In this document: positions 27,188 to 40,884 of the stretch, in pieces
Position numbering within the stretch: the first letter of the stretch is position 1
Layout: every line of letters starts with the position of its first letter
Assembly (NCBI GenBank): GCA_951406725.2
Contig: OX597831.1
Span: 26,288,001-26,352,000 of the forward strand
Direction: 5' to 3'
From: Octopus vulgaris
Lineage: Eukaryota
Length of the DNA stretch: 64,000 nt
Notes under the pieces: model-generated
What the model saw: the letters and a program-made list of their open reading frames with translations, nothing else
Database searches by the model: none
What the model was told of the DNA's origin: nothing
Position numbers and translations under genes: made by a program

Positions 27188-27952
27188 TTAACTTTAAAAC
27201 TAGATTGGCACTTTATTTTATCAACCCCAGAGGGAAGAAAGACAAAGTCAACTGCAGTGAGATATGAACTTAGAATATAAAGAGCTAGAACAAACATCTC
27301 AGTCCTGTGCTTTAATGATTTCGACAATAACAGCAGCAACAACAACAACAACAACAACAACAACGACAATAAATCTAACATGCACAAAATTACACGTTTG
27401 TGCAGCTGATTAAATCACCTTTAGTTTATTATTGATACTTATTATTATACCGATCACAGATGCATGGAAGACATTTCAAGCTTGGAATAATAATAATGTA
27501 TTTTATTAATACTATTAGATCTGTTGTTTCTTCATTTATCATGAACAGAAATATTAAGAATGCTGAGGGTAGGGGTGAAAAATACTCAATAATGAATGGT
27601 CGTTTTGGTCTTTATATACTGCTGTGGTTCGCTTTACCTTTCATCAATCTCTACAGTCAATAAAATAAGTTTATCAACTTCTTCCCTATAAATTTATGTC
27701 TTTCCATGAATATTAGAAATCAATATTACCCGCTCTTATAATAGTTATTTTTCTCTACTGCCTCTGTTGTGATAGATTCATAGAGCGTCCTTTGAGAGAA
27801 TTTTAGCATTATTACTCCTTACATACATTTTCACGTAGGATTTAACATGAAACATTCCTTACTTTGAAGGCAAATGAGATCTATAGATTTGGAGCATTAG
27901 AATACCAAATTTCAGAAAAAAAAAAAAAGCTTATAAAAATAATATTGATTGA

Positions 27953-28177
27953 CCCTTTTGATATCAACCCACCTGAGACCATCCCTAGTTCTATGATTCA
28001 AATTCTCTATTTTAAAGTGATCTAAATATAAAAAAGCTACCATCAAAATTTCATGGTAATTTATGTTTCAAATACCAGTTTGAAAATGACAGAGGCGTTT
28101 TAATAAATTCTGCATTATCTTTAAAATTAAGTGAAACAAAGGCAATGCATTTAAACAGAAATACAGTAATGAAAAGG
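27953..28177. mobile_element. piggyBac-like MITE family 1, diverged
   Basis: ttga-CCCTTTTGATA...AAAAGG-ttaa; similar to 46807-47028. Confidence 0.7.
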
Positions 28178-28231
28178 TTAAAGTAAAAACAAGCTTTCTT
28201 CAGAAATATATTTTGAATTTTTAAGTAAGGT

Positions 28232-28845
28232 GAAGGCATGGCTGTGTGGTGAGCTGGTGGGAGTGTTAGCACACCTGGCGAAATGCTTAGCGGTATTTTG
28301 TCTGCCGCTACATTTTGAGTTCAAATTCCGCTGAGGTCGACTTTGCCTTTCATCCAATTAAGTACCAGTTACGTACTGGGGTCGATATGATCAACTTAAT
28401 CTCTTTGTTTCCTTGTTTGTCCCCTCTATGTTTAGCCCCTTGTGGGCAGTAAAGAAATATGAAGTTTGCTTTCCAACCATATGGTTCCAGGTTCAGTCCA
28501 ACTGCGTGGCACCATTGGCCAACCAAAGCTTTGTGAGTGGATTTAATAGATGGAAACTAAAAGAGATTCAATCTTATATTTACATGTGTGTCTGTGTATG
28601 TATATATATATCTATGTGTGTGTGTGTGTTTGTATCTGAGCTTGTCTCCCATCACTGCTTTACAACTGGTGTTGGAGTGTTTACATCCCCGTAACTTAGC
28701 AGTACGGCAAAAGAGACCTATAGAATAAGTATCAGGTTTTAAAAAAAGTTCTGAGTATGATTTATTCAAATAAGACCCTTCAAGGCAGTGCACCAGCATG
28801 GCCGTAGTTAAATGACTGAAACAAGTAAAAGAATAAAAAAATAAA
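28232..28845 (+). mobile_element. SINE type A interrupted by SINE type B (about 28250-28460)
   Basis: Type A head ggcatggctgtgtggt breaks off and resumes at gaagtttgctttccaacc after a complete type B copy. Confidence 0.8.
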
Positions 28846-29206
28846 GAAACTGAATTTTTCAAAATCTTGTCAGACATGAACAAAGGTTGAAGAATTCATC
28901 AGTAATAGATTATATATAGTGAAGGTACATGGTTCAGTGGTTAGAATGTTGGGCTCACAATCATGAGATAATGAGTTCAATTCCTGGACTGGACTGTGTA
29001 TTATGTTCTTGAGCAAGGCATTTTATTTCACATTGCTCTTATTCACTCTGCTGTAGAAATGAGTCGCGATGTCACTGGTGCCAAACTGTACTAACCATGA
29101 CCAAAGGGGGTCTTTACTCTTTTAGATTGTATACATATATATATATTTAATATCAGAGTATGTTGCTTTATCTGTCATCTAACCTATTTACTATTTTATC
29201 TTGCAG

Positions 29207-29331
29207 ATCATGACATCGATGATCTGGAAATGCAAATGGTGCGGTACAAGCCTGAGGGGCTGGATGTACTGTGCCGAAACACAAAGTTTTCCAGGAAAGA
29301 ACTACAGATAATGTACAGGGGATTCAAGCAG
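29207..29331 (+). CDS. KCNIP: Internal coding exon of a Kv channel-interacting protein (KChIP/KCNIP/calsenilin, NCS family)
   Basis: Acceptor ctattttatcttgcag| and donor CAG|gtaata. 125 nt, phase 1 in and phase 0 out. Translates (x)HDIDDLEMQMVRYKPEGLDVLCRNTKFSRKELQIMYRGFKQ, matching the KChIP core start (vertebrate ..DELEM..V.HRPEGLE.L...T.F.K.ELQ.LYRGFKN|ECP). This frame is not in the ORF track. Paralog cannot be assigned. Confidence 0.95.
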
Positions 29332-30599
29332 GTAATATCTCTTCTTCATCATCTGTCAATACATCCTGTATGTTTGCCGGTATCATTGGTGGTCTAATAC
29401 TGTTGAACACATTTTTCTTTCATCTTCATCATAAAATATGTATGCTTGTATATATACCTACTGGCATATTTACTCATAAATATTTATATATATAATAATG
29501 AGCTTATTGTATACAGTGGTCAGGTACAATACAAGTTTATATACATATATGTATATACAGATATCTATATCTCTCTAAATATATATATATATTACAATGG
29601 AATAATTACTATTATATATAAACATATATATATATAATTTTAAAACTCTAAAAAAATTACAAATGATACAAATTTCAAAACATAAAAAAGTATTTTAAAG
29701 TTTTTCATTTTTTATTATATATACTTCTTGATTTAACCATGGAAATAAGTCAAAGCTGAATTGCCTTTTAAAAAAAAATATTAACAAGGAAAAACAAAGA
29801 ATGAGAATTGTAACATATTGTGACAGAAGGAAACTTGGTATTTTTATGACATAACTTTAAAGTTACAATAAACCCACAAGAAATATATCTTTTTGTTATT
29901 AATTGTATTACCTGAAAAGATTTATATTTTGGTAAAATTAAATTAGAAATGATATACATCATGTTGATCACTCAAATATCTCCATATTTTTATTTTGTTT
30001 GTGCTTTCTTTTTTTTTCTTTTTTCAAGTGTGACTATACTTTAAACAATAAGAGATAATAACATTGATTAAAATATATCTCTGGTGGAATGGAATATTTT
30101 ACTCATTCAATAATGACTTATTATATTCCTTTGATGTAGTAACAGAGATTATTTAATCCACTAGGATCATTTAAACTATGTAACAAACCTTCTGATCTGT
30201 CTTTTTGATCCACTAATGAAGGAAGAACAAATTGAAAATTAGTTCATTATGTCTGAGAACAAAGAGAAAAAAATCCTCCAAACAAGTCTCTTGTTAACTG
30301 GTATTTAATAAGTACAATAACAGAACTAAACCACCACTGAGATGAATGTATAATCCAAATACATCTCCCAGTTCAAGCTGTATCATTTCACTTTACACAG
30401 GGAAAAAGTTAGCGGAGGTTAAATTATTTCATCTTCTTAGCACTCAGAATGTAAGGTCTTGTGCTTATAAATAGAATCTGCACTACATACAATAAAATAC
30501 TGTGATAAGTGATTACTAATTAGAACATTAATGTTTTTGAAGCAATCTACTATTTCCTATGTGTATCAATATTACACAATATGAAGGCAATGAAAGACC

Positions 30600-31030
30600 G
30601 CAAGCTGGCAGAAACGTAAGCATGTTGGGCAATATGCCTACCAGTATTTCATGTCTTTTACATTCTGAGTTCAAATTCCACCGACATCAACTTTGCCTTT
30701 TATCTTTTCGGGGTCGATAAATTAAATACCAGTTGCATACTGGGGTCAATCTAGTCGACTGGCACCCCCTCCCCAAAATTTCAGGCCTTGTGCCTAGAGT
30801 AGAAAAGAATATAAAGGCAATGAGCTGGTAGAGTCATTAGTAAGCTGGACAAAAGGCTTAGCAGAATTTCGTTCATCTCCCCATTCTGAGTTCAAATCTT
30901 GCTGAGGTCAACTTTGCCTTTCATCCTTTTGGGGGTTGATAAATTATGTACTAGTTGAGCACTGGGATTAATGTAATCAACTTACCCACCCACTGAAATT
31001 GTTGACCTTGTGCCAAAATTTGAAACCAAT
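30600..31030 (+). mobile_element. Two tandem SINE type B copies
   Basis: Two agctgg.aga...ctgagttcaaa...ctttgcctt...ggggt.gataaatt units in a row. Confidence 0.8.
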
Positions 31031-31947
31031 ATTACACTTACAATGTTTCTCACTTGTAGAATGTCAGAGTGTTGAAACATAATATTTCCAGTTTGTCACC
31101 ACAAGTGGAACCAGTATCTATTTATACAATAACCTGTGAATATACCTGACAAATTTTCCAGTAGTTGTTACAATTTGGTGTTCTTCAATATTTTTAATTG
31201 TTGTAAAATAAGTGTCTGGGCGTGGCATTTATTTAAGAAGGCTTTTATAGTCTAAGTCTACTTTGAACTAAATTAACAAGTCATACATAAAATGAAATAT
31301 ATTAATAATTGAGATTTCAAATAATTCATTAATTTCAATTTTAGATCATATATGTTTTAATGACATACTTAATTTCTTTTTAATAAGGAAGTAAGAAAGG
31401 TATTTATTAGAAAGAAAACTACTTTTTATCATCTTGCATGATGTTTTCACCATACACAATTAATTATGCAATTTTTCAAACTTTAGCAAATATATATTTT
31501 ATAATTATGTGATTTACAATTAATTATATATTAGTATGTATATGGGAATGTGTGTGTATTATTACAATTGTTTGTTGGCTAAGAAGTTTTGTATGTGGCA
31601 TTTAAGGGTTTTTAAATGCACACATACAGTATGAAAGTTAAAGTACAGATGAAGGCATACAATATCATTGACATATATACATATATGTACATACATGTGT
31701 ATATATATATATTTACATACATATGCACACATATACATACACACATACATATATACATATATGGATAAATATTTATAAGTCTGTGTATGGTGTGGTGTGT
31801 GTGTGTGTGTGTTTGTGCTGAAATGTGCAGGCCCCTAGCAGGACTGAAAAACTACATTCATGCTGCTCATAGTTAAGAGAACAATCCAGTGATGGCACAT
31901 CTTAAAACCAAGTTGCGGCCATCAGGTGTATGTGTGTGCATGTATGC

Positions 31948-32000
<53 letters not shown>

Positions 32001-32459
32001 TGTGAGTGTGTATGAGCTTGTATTGCACTTGATGGCAATGAAGACATATGGGCATATTAGACATGCTCCAATTTCAGCAGAACATTCTGAAGAAAGTGTT
32101 TTGAGTCTGTTAAAGCTTATGGGAAGCCCTACTTCACATATAGGAACTGGAGTGATTTTCTGGGTTTTTTTTAACCATTTCATTTACTTTCATCAAGAAA
32201 GCTGAGTGTAATGACCAGATGCATTCATAACATTAAGTAGCTGATAGATAGATCTTCCTCTAATGCTTACCTTTGTCATTTATATTGTTAAATTGTACAT
32301 GGTAAATCTTACCCAAGTGCTTATCTTTGATACTTACAATGATAAGTAGATAACAGATTTTTCCATCGAATAGGATCCTAATCTGTCATGTGTAATTTTT
32401 CAAAATAATCTGGTACATATTATTATTATTATTTTTATTATTATTATTATTATTATTTT

Positions 32460-32800
32460 ATGTTTGACATTTGTTTTACATTTGTACAAGTTGGCTCCAA
32501 GTCTCACCCAGAGACCTCAAGAGTCATCAAACTGGAAGTTCATGTTGGTATTATGTCTAGGATGCCATATATTTGGTTTTGTACATTGTGTTGTTCTAGA
32601 GAAACCATAAGAAAATTATGTGTTTGTTTTAAAACTTGAGATTACATAGAAAGTATTTTGCATAGGATATGGGCAGTTCCCATGAACACTATCTTTTGAA
32701 TTTCTGCCATTTTGGGGCTTCCTGGTATCTGAGCTAGGTAGCAATCAGCCCCTTTTGCTATCATTCCCAAGGCACCTATGACAACAGGTATTGTTTTAGT
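32460..32800 (-). mobile_element. 5'-truncated R4/Dong-like (RLE) LINE inserted in (TAA)n
   Basis: Minus strand translates KTIPVVIGALGMIAKGADCYLAQIPGSPKMAEIQKIVFMGTAHILCKILSM*; (TTA)n on both flanks. Confidence 0.85.
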
Positions 32801-32806
32801 TTATTA

Positions 32807-32838
<32 letters not shown>

Positions 32839-33020
32839 TTTATTATTGCTGGGTTCCAACCTGAGCCACAACAAAGCCTACTCGCCACACTTCATAGTCC
32901 ATCATCCCTGCTTCTTCTTACATCACCATGAAGTGGGTTCCACAAGACTAATTTGGATGTTTCCAGTTCAGGGTAGTGCATGCAGTGACCAGATAGTCAC
33001 AGCAATCTTTGCCTAATCTT

Positions 33021-33510
33021 CACTTTGAACTTTTAAACCAAAACCAAACGATAACAAAGGAGATCTACTGCAGGCATCTTGAGTGGCTTAAGTCAGCACT
33101 AGAAGAAAAATGACCATCTTTGGCTTCAAGACTAAAGGTGTTCTTCCATCAGGATAATACTCAGCCACATACAACAAGGATGACGTTCCAAAAGCTGGAG
33201 CAGTTTGAATGGGAAATGATATTCACTGGACATTTCCCCAGTATTAGAATGTATTTTGCAGTTTTCAAAATCATTTGGACGAAAAAAATATGAATTCTGT
33301 AGACAAGGTCAGAACAGTACTGCAGATGTCTTTTTTCGTTATGGATAAGTGAATTTTGGAAGAGGAGCCTTGCAAGTCTACCAGATAGATGGAAGAGCAT
33401 TGCAGAAAACAAAGGAGAGTATATTTTAGATTTAAAAAAAACTTTGTTTATCTTAATTTTGAAAAATAAATGAAGTATAAAAAAACTGCATTATTTATGG
33501 GAAGACCCAA
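33021..33510 (+). mobile_element. Mariner transposase remnant with right TIR
   Basis: Plus strand reads EIYCRHLEWLKSALEEK*..VFFHQDNTQPHT..QKLEQFEWE..LPDRWKSIAENKGEYILD; ends aaaaactgcattatttatgggaagacccaa-TA. Confidence 0.85.
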
Positions 33511-34647
33511 TAATTATAACAGGAAAGATAACACCCAAGAATTTCTAACTTAGGAACAATATTACAAATTAAGTCTGTTCAGGTAACCTGGTTGATATTT
33601 GGTACTGAATTTAGTGAACTTCATATGATGAGAGGCAAAGTAAATCTTGGTGGGATTCGAACTGGCAATGTAAAGGTACATAACTGAATACTTCAGATAG
33701 TCCAACACTCTGCCAATTCTGTAATCCACCACTCTAACATCGACAACAACAGCAGCAGTAGCAGCAGCAGTAGTAGTAGTAGTAGTAAACTAACTAAAAT
33801 TAACCTAATTGAAATATCCTGTTTGAATATGCTGCCATTAATTACAAAAGGAGAAGGTGTTATACATCTCTAATTCTATCACAGCTTCCATTTAAAGTCA
33901 GACTCTATTTTGTGATGTCAATTAACAAAGTTTAAAGCCAGTCTCTGGACACCATTTCACTCGTAGTCAATTGTAAATAGGATATTCAAGAGATCAAAAT
34001 GAGGAAATCACCTACAGATATTTACACTGAAGACAACATTAACTGAAAGCAGTATTTAAAGAGAAGTATTAAAGCATTCTTTATTGCAAAGTTATGTGTT
34101 TTCTGAAATATCCCCACCAGAATATTTATACAAAAGTGTTTCAAGATTTGTCTAGTAAATTCAATATTATCAATTAAATTATATTACAGAAGACATGTCA
34201 AATATCTATTCTGTTTCTGCCATGCAGCTCCATGCAGTGAACTGAGTTTAGGTCATTTAAGATATTTAATAGTATTGAAAATTAATGTCAGGTATTTACA
34301 ACAAGTTTTACATAAAACTCAAGCAAAAGAAGAACAACAATTAAATTATTGTAATTTAATTATTCCCGCCAACATTTTTTTTTCTTATTAAATTTATTTA
34401 TAGACAACTTCCCCTCCCTGCCAATTTTGATCCTTTTCTCATATATATTGACAGATTTCAAACTTGTAGTCAAATAATTTAGCATTCTAAAGGATCATGA
34501 AGTCTGCATGGTTTTAACATGGCATGAGGGATCATCCCATTGGATTAGTGATGTCAGTTTTTTGACTTTTGCTTTAATATCTCTTGAGAGAATGTTAATC
34601 TTAGTAACAAAGAAGGTCATAGTTAATTTAACAGCACCTTTGTGTGT

Positions 34648-34708
<61 letters not shown>

Positions 34709-35334
34709 TGTGTGTGTGTGCTTAAATTTACAAACAAGAAGAAAAAGTGCTCAGTACCAAAGGAGAAGGTTATTATTTGTTATAGTGCTAACTATAACTT
34801 CGGTGTTACTATTCTGAGTCTTGTAATTACTCACTGACTATGCACCTAAAGTCTGCATTACAGGTCATCGTACATGTGATAAATGCTATGGATATAGGGG
34901 TCACTTGTAACAGGGTAAAATGGACAGTCTCTGTGAAATCAGAATCATCATCATTTTACATCCAGTTTCAACGTTGGCATGGGTTGAATGTATTCCTAAT
35001 TAAGTCAGTACTTAATTGGGAATACTGCTCACCTAAACAGGTCAGAACATTGCTTCTCACTCGTGCAGCTCATTGAACGAACATACATACATACATACAT
35101 ACATACACACATAAATACATACATACATACATACATGTGTTTATAGTCAAATAATACAATAAAATTTGATGTATATTTACTGAGAAATATTTACAGCTCA
35201 GTGAAAGACAGGTGCTGTTGCATGCTAGTAGAAGACACAAACTGAAAACTGCCAAATTGACAACTGATATCATCATTTTTATTTTACATATGTTTTTCCG
35301 TGTTTACCTGGGTTTTGTATATACTATATATATA

Positions 35335-35375
<41 letters not shown>

Positions 35376-35898
35376 TAATATATACATATACACACATACA
35401 TACACACACACAAATATATATATATATACATACATATACATACATATATATGTGTGTGTGTATATATATACACACATATACATACATACATATATGTGTG
35501 TGTATATATATATACATATGTATATATTCATATATACCTATATATATGTGTGTGTATATATGTATACATATATATAGATACACATACACTCATACAAACA
35601 CACACACATTTAAAATCATAAACTAATGTGTGTATATAAAAAAAGTGGTACTACATCAAAATATATATTTCGGTTAAAGAGTTTTCTTGCACTACTGATA
35701 AATCTTGTGTTATCTTACAAAACAAAACCATCTGTTTTTTTCTTTTTCCTTTCAATAGAATAGGACAAAGTTTAAATATAATTGTATAGGAAGAGGGCTA
35801 ATAAGGAACTATATTACTGTCACTTCTTCTCTAAAGGTGTCATTGTATAACAGTCTCTGTATTGTGCTGTCTGTTGCCACTTCAACAAAACACACATC

Positions 35899-35982
35899 TC
35901 TGAATTAAAATCTTCTGACAAACCTTAGTCACAATTTATGTTCCTAACACTAGTTTATTGATAACTAAGTTATTTTACTAAA
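35899..35982. repeat. 84-bp exact inverted copy of 36484-36567, flanked by a 13-bp direct repeat
   Basis: Base-for-base reverse complement; aaacacacatctc at 35888-35900 and 35980-35992. Confidence 0.92.
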
Positions 35983-36412
35983 CACACATCTCATTAAGAT
36001 TACCATGTGAAAGGGCATAAGTACATAACAGGGTCTTTGTTGATGACTTATGCCTCACAATGAAGATGTATGGCTCAGTAGTTAGAACATTGGGCTCACA
36101 ATCATGAGGTACTGAGTTCGATTCCCAGAACAGGCTATGCATTGTGTTCTTGAGCAAGACACTTTATTTTATGCTGCTCCAGTTCACTCAACTGTTGAAA
36201 TGAGCTGCAGTGTCGCTGGTGCCAAGCTGTATCAGCCTTTACCTTTCCCTTGGATAACATTGGTGGCATGGAGAGGGGAGGCTGGATTAAATTACTACTC
36301 CTTTAAAAGCTTACATTGAAACTGTTCACATCTTTTGTAGTGAGGCATGGTCACATATAGAAACAACAGCAGAAATTACAGGACATTGTTTTCTTTTACA
36401 AATTCCCCTTAA

Positions 36413-36851
36413 CCCTTTTTTTAACCATATTTCTTTTGAGATGCTCTGTGTTTCTTTCAATTAATTTTAAATATAACAAAGAATTTAGTAAAATAACTTA
36501 GTTATCAATAAACTAGTGTTAGGAACATAAATTGTGACTAAGGTTTGTCAGAAGATTTTAATTCAGAACTTTTGAAAACAAGACATTTGTACTACAAAGC
36601 CAGAGGCTGTGGCGGTGAGCTGGCAGAAACGTTAGCACACTGGGCGAAATGCTTAATGGTATTTCTGAGTTCAAATTCCACTGAGGTTGACTGCCTTTCA
36701 TCCTTCCAGGGTTGATTAAATAAGTACCAGTTTCACACTGGGGTCGATATAATCGACTTAATCCGTTTGTCTGTCCTTGTTTGTCCTCTCTGTGTTTAGC
36801 CCCTTGTGGGTAGTAAAGAAATTGGTTTCAGCCAGATTGTTTTCAAAAGGG
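36413..36851. mobile_element. piggyBac-like MITE family 1 with nested SINE type B (about 36610-36822)
   Basis: TTAA-CCCTTTT...AAAAGGG-TTAA; opposite orientation to the 46807 copy. Confidence 0.85.
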
Positions 36852-37303
36852 TTAAAGTTCATTTCCCACAAAGGAAGAATGAATTGTAAGAGTCAAGACT
36901 TCTTCAGCTAAAAGTATTTTACATGATTTACGTTATAGAGCTTAAATCTAAATACCTCTACAATTAAACCATACCACAAACCTCATTAAACAAATCGACG
37001 GAGAAAGCATGCTGTAAGCTGTACCTCTACCTATGCCAGCAATATACCTTCATACTAAATACTCTGAATGTCCTATTTATACTATCCAAATTAAGTTTTT
37101 CATTCAATAAAACATCTAAACTAGATTATATCTTTCAGCAACATATGTTTATTTTAATGAATTTCTTGACACTTAAACAGCCATTTCAGATATCCAGTTC
37201 TGTATTGTCAATTTAATCAGTTAAACAATGTTGTAATTTAATGAACAAATATTTCTTATAGGAGGTTCATTGATGGATAAATTACGTGTGTATGTATACA
37301 TAC

Positions 37304-37553
37304 GTGGAGGTGCGTGGCTTAGTGGTTAGGGTATCAGCATCATGATCATTAGATTGTGGTTTCGATCCCTGGACCGGGCAACGCGTTGTGTTCTTGAGCA
37401 AAACACTTCATTTCACGTTGCTCCAGTCCACTCAGCTGGCAAAAATGAGTAATGCTGTGATGGACTGGCGTCCCATCCACCTGGGGAACACATGTGCCTT
37501 TGAAACTGGCAAACTGGACCCATGAACCTGGCTAGGCTTTAAAAGGGCGCATT
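37304..37553 (+). mobile_element. tRNA-headed SINE type D
   Basis: tggcttagtgg...tttcgatccc, ttcttgagcaaaacactt, gatggactggcgtcccatcc. Related heads at about 28920, 36065 and 42200-42650(-). Confidence 0.85.
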
Positions 37554-39622
37554 TATTTTTTTTTATGTACATACACATATCCATATCAATACACATGCAC
37601 ACACACACACTTGCACACATATGTATTTTATTTCATATGATTATGTAAGAATATTTGTGGAGACTAATGATTCATTTCTTAAGGAAAGGAAATTGTATTA
37701 TATATGTGCGTCTGCCTGCATACATGCTTTTTGTGATGGGCAGCATTGGCATGTTTCAATGGGTAGTGGTGAATGATAAAGCTTAGGAAATTCCTAATAG
37801 AACAGTGTAAGGAAGAGATTGGTGATAAAGATGATGATGCTGATGAAAAGACTAAACTCAGAATTCAGCTGTAATCTGGAAACTACAAACTGTCCTAAAT
37901 AATTATATACAAAAATAAATTACATTTCTCAGCTAATAAACGTTGCATCAAATGTTTAGAAACATCCAGGATTGCATTGTAATTTAAATGGAGTTTACCT
38001 TTAAAAAAAAGCTAATCAACCAATATATTTGAAATAAACTATTTTTCAATCTAGTCAAGAACTTGTATTTAATATTAGAGTTAATTATAGAATTCAGTTT
38101 TTCGGTCTCCTCTCACCTCCTTCTTTCCAACATCTTCTGAGCACCAGAATATTTATCTGACTACTGTAGTGTATACTACCTTGAAAATAACATCATAGCA
38201 GCATGATCAATAACTCGTTAGAATAATTCAATCGCATTCTACCATGCTTGACATGTTATAGTAAGACAGAAGCGCTATTAGCCAAATTCTCTGCTTCCAT
38301 TGGTGGCTCACGCAGTTGCTACCATTCATCAACTTTTTTTTACCATTAATTTATGTTGACATAACTCATCAATTTTCAAGGGAGAATTTCCTTTCCCAGA
38401 ACGAACTGCTGGTATTGATTTCTGATCTTATCTGCGATCATGAGTACTGACAGATGATACTCTCCACATACTGAGGATTTTTATCCTGTTTTATTGCAAT
38501 GGGAATATCAGTTCATTTGTAAATATTTTACTGTTTGTCAAAACATTAAGGTCAATGATTTATTTTATTACATAAATTGGGCTTCGCTCTGTGGCAACAA
38601 CAGCATGGCCAATGAGCTGTAACCGAAATATAGCTTTTGCTAGTTGAAAACTGTGTTAATGAATTGATTGAATGGATTTCATACTAACAGAATTTAGATC
38701 TATATATTGATAAATTACTTCAGGTGTCTGAATCTGTTTGCTTTCTGTAACAGAGAAGCATTGGTTGAGTTCTGTATAAAAACATGTGTGCTTACATGAC
38801 ATAATCATCACACACACACACACACACACACGCATGCACACACACACACACACATGCATGCACACATACATATGATCATCATTTTACATCTGCTTTATAT
38901 GATGGCATGGTTTGGGCAGGTCATCATAGTCCAAGTTCTTTCTTATCAGAAGTTACTGCTCTCACTGACTGGTGCTCATACAGGTCATTATTTTCTATTG
39001 CCAACCACTTTACAAACAGAACTGGTTTCATTTTCTTATAGCACCTGTACTAGAAAGGTTATTAAGACATTTTCAAGACAAGTAAAAGGACCTAACAACC
39101 TTACACGTCCTCCACTCATTTGCAGTCCACTTTACAGAGAGTATTGGGTGTATTTTTCATGGCAGCAACAGTAGGGAGGTTGTCAAATCCTTTGATGAGA
39201 CAGAACTGTTTTATATGTATAAATGTACCAATCACTTTTGAGGGTGTGCAAGAGAGCTTGGTCTGGACTTTCTAAAGAATACTCAATAACATAAGACAGG
39301 TAATGCAATCAAAGAGAGAAAATGTCAGTGAAAGGACTAGGAGCAGCATGATAGCTATAGAGTTTACGGAGAATAGACAGGAATGGAATGTTAGGCAAAA
39401 GCCAACATGGATATAATGATAGGAGGTGATAGTTGACAATAGATACAGGGTGAAGTAGAGTCAGTTTAACATATTTATACTATAATAAAGAATGCTAGTT
39501 ATTAAATAGTTTGGAGTATGTAACTTTTACTAACAGAAATAAAGAATTATTAAAGTCTACACTGTCTAGAAATTTCTAAAAAATTCTAATTTTAATAAAT
39601 TTTTATCATAATGTAGTTATTT

Positions 39623-39653
<31 letters not shown>

Positions 39654-40430
39654 CACGAGGCAGAGTAAAAACTTATATACGCTCTTGTTTTTTCATTGTA
39701 TTTATACAAAAGCAATTTTTCTCTAAAGTCTCCATCTTTTTCGATGCACTTGACCCAGAAGTCCACAAGCTTGTGTATTCCCTCCAAGAAGAAGGTTTTT
39801 GTTTGGTCATATACTGCTTCCTTCACATTTTCCTCCATAGGAAACCGACAACCTTGTAAACCATCTTTGAGCAGTCCAAAGATATGATTATGAGAAGAGG
39901 AAAAATCTGAGCTGTAGGCAAGGTGTTCCAGCACCTCAGAATCCAGTTAGTTAATGGTTTCAATGGCCTGAGCAGCCATGTGTAGGTGTGCATTGGCATG
40001 CAACAACAAAACTTTTCTCAACAACAGGCTTCAGCGTTAGATGTGAATTGCTGACCACAGTTTATCAGCCAACAAAACACTGTATCTTGCATTGTTAATC
40101 AACAACCCCTTTTCCAGTCTTCCAGTATAAGCCCTTTTGATTACCAAAAGAGGGTTAGCATCACCTTTCCCGTGGAAGGCTGAGTCTTGAATTTCTTCGT
40201 CACTGGCAAGCTAGGATATTTCCTCTCCATCACTTCTACATGGTAGTCGTGCACTATCCCCATATTGCGCTAAAAGCCTCTGATGAATTTCAGCACCTGA
40301 CACACCTTCCAACCAGAGAAATCAGACCTCTGCTCTTTGTCCTTCTTTGGTGCACATTGCTAGTGGAGTGGCCATGCTTACACTGTAAAACCAGAAAGAA
40401 AAACTGGCACAATCAGGCTCATACTTCAAT
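39654..40430 (-). mobile_element. Mariner remnant
   Basis: Minus-strand motifs KKFKTQPSTGKVMLTLFW, VLLLHANA, LEHLAYSSDFSS..HIFGLLK..EGIHKLVDFWVKCIEKDGD; terminus adjoins (TA)n. Confidence 0.85.
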
Positions 40431-40884
40431 CACATGACAACAAGAGTACCAACCAAAAGCATGCATGTACAGAAGGCAGTGTGACAATAATGAAGATATG
40501 TTGGCGTTAGGAAGGGCATCCAGCCGTAGAAACACTGCCAGATCTGACTAGGCCTGATGAAGCCTTCCGGCTTCACAGACCCCAGTTGAACCGTCCAACC
40601 CATGCTAGCATGGAAAACGGACGCTAAACGATGATGACGATGATGATGATGATGGTGATGATGTTATGGCAAAAGTGCAGATAATTTTTCACTTTGCTTC
40701 ATATATACATTATTTCAAGTGTAGTGTGAATGATGTGATTGAGGACTACCAAAAGTACAAATTCTGCAGTGCCAGACATGTTACAAGGTTCACAAGAAAG
40801 AACAAGAAGTATCTTGTGACTGATGGTGTATAACAACTTCCAGTAGTCTGGTTTATTCAGGTGATATCTGTGTGCATATATACA

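Noticed and set aside
29300-29385. Possible exon-intron editing-complementary duplex (tacagggga / atcctgta)
   Set aside because: Only about 12 bp with a bulge and wobbles; within chance expectation.
29271-29495. 74-aa ORF overlapping the KChIP exon
   Set aside because: Wrong frame; it reads through the splice donor.
30441-30450. 10-nt microexon candidate (ttcttag|cactcagaat|gtaagg)
   Set aside because: It would frameshift the conserved KChIP core between FKQ and ECP.
40553-40585. CTGATGA-AGCC-TTCC-GGCT hammerhead half in type C SINE (also at 26010-26036, minus)
   Set aside because: No GAAA or helix III follows, and other copies read CTGGTGCAGCC.
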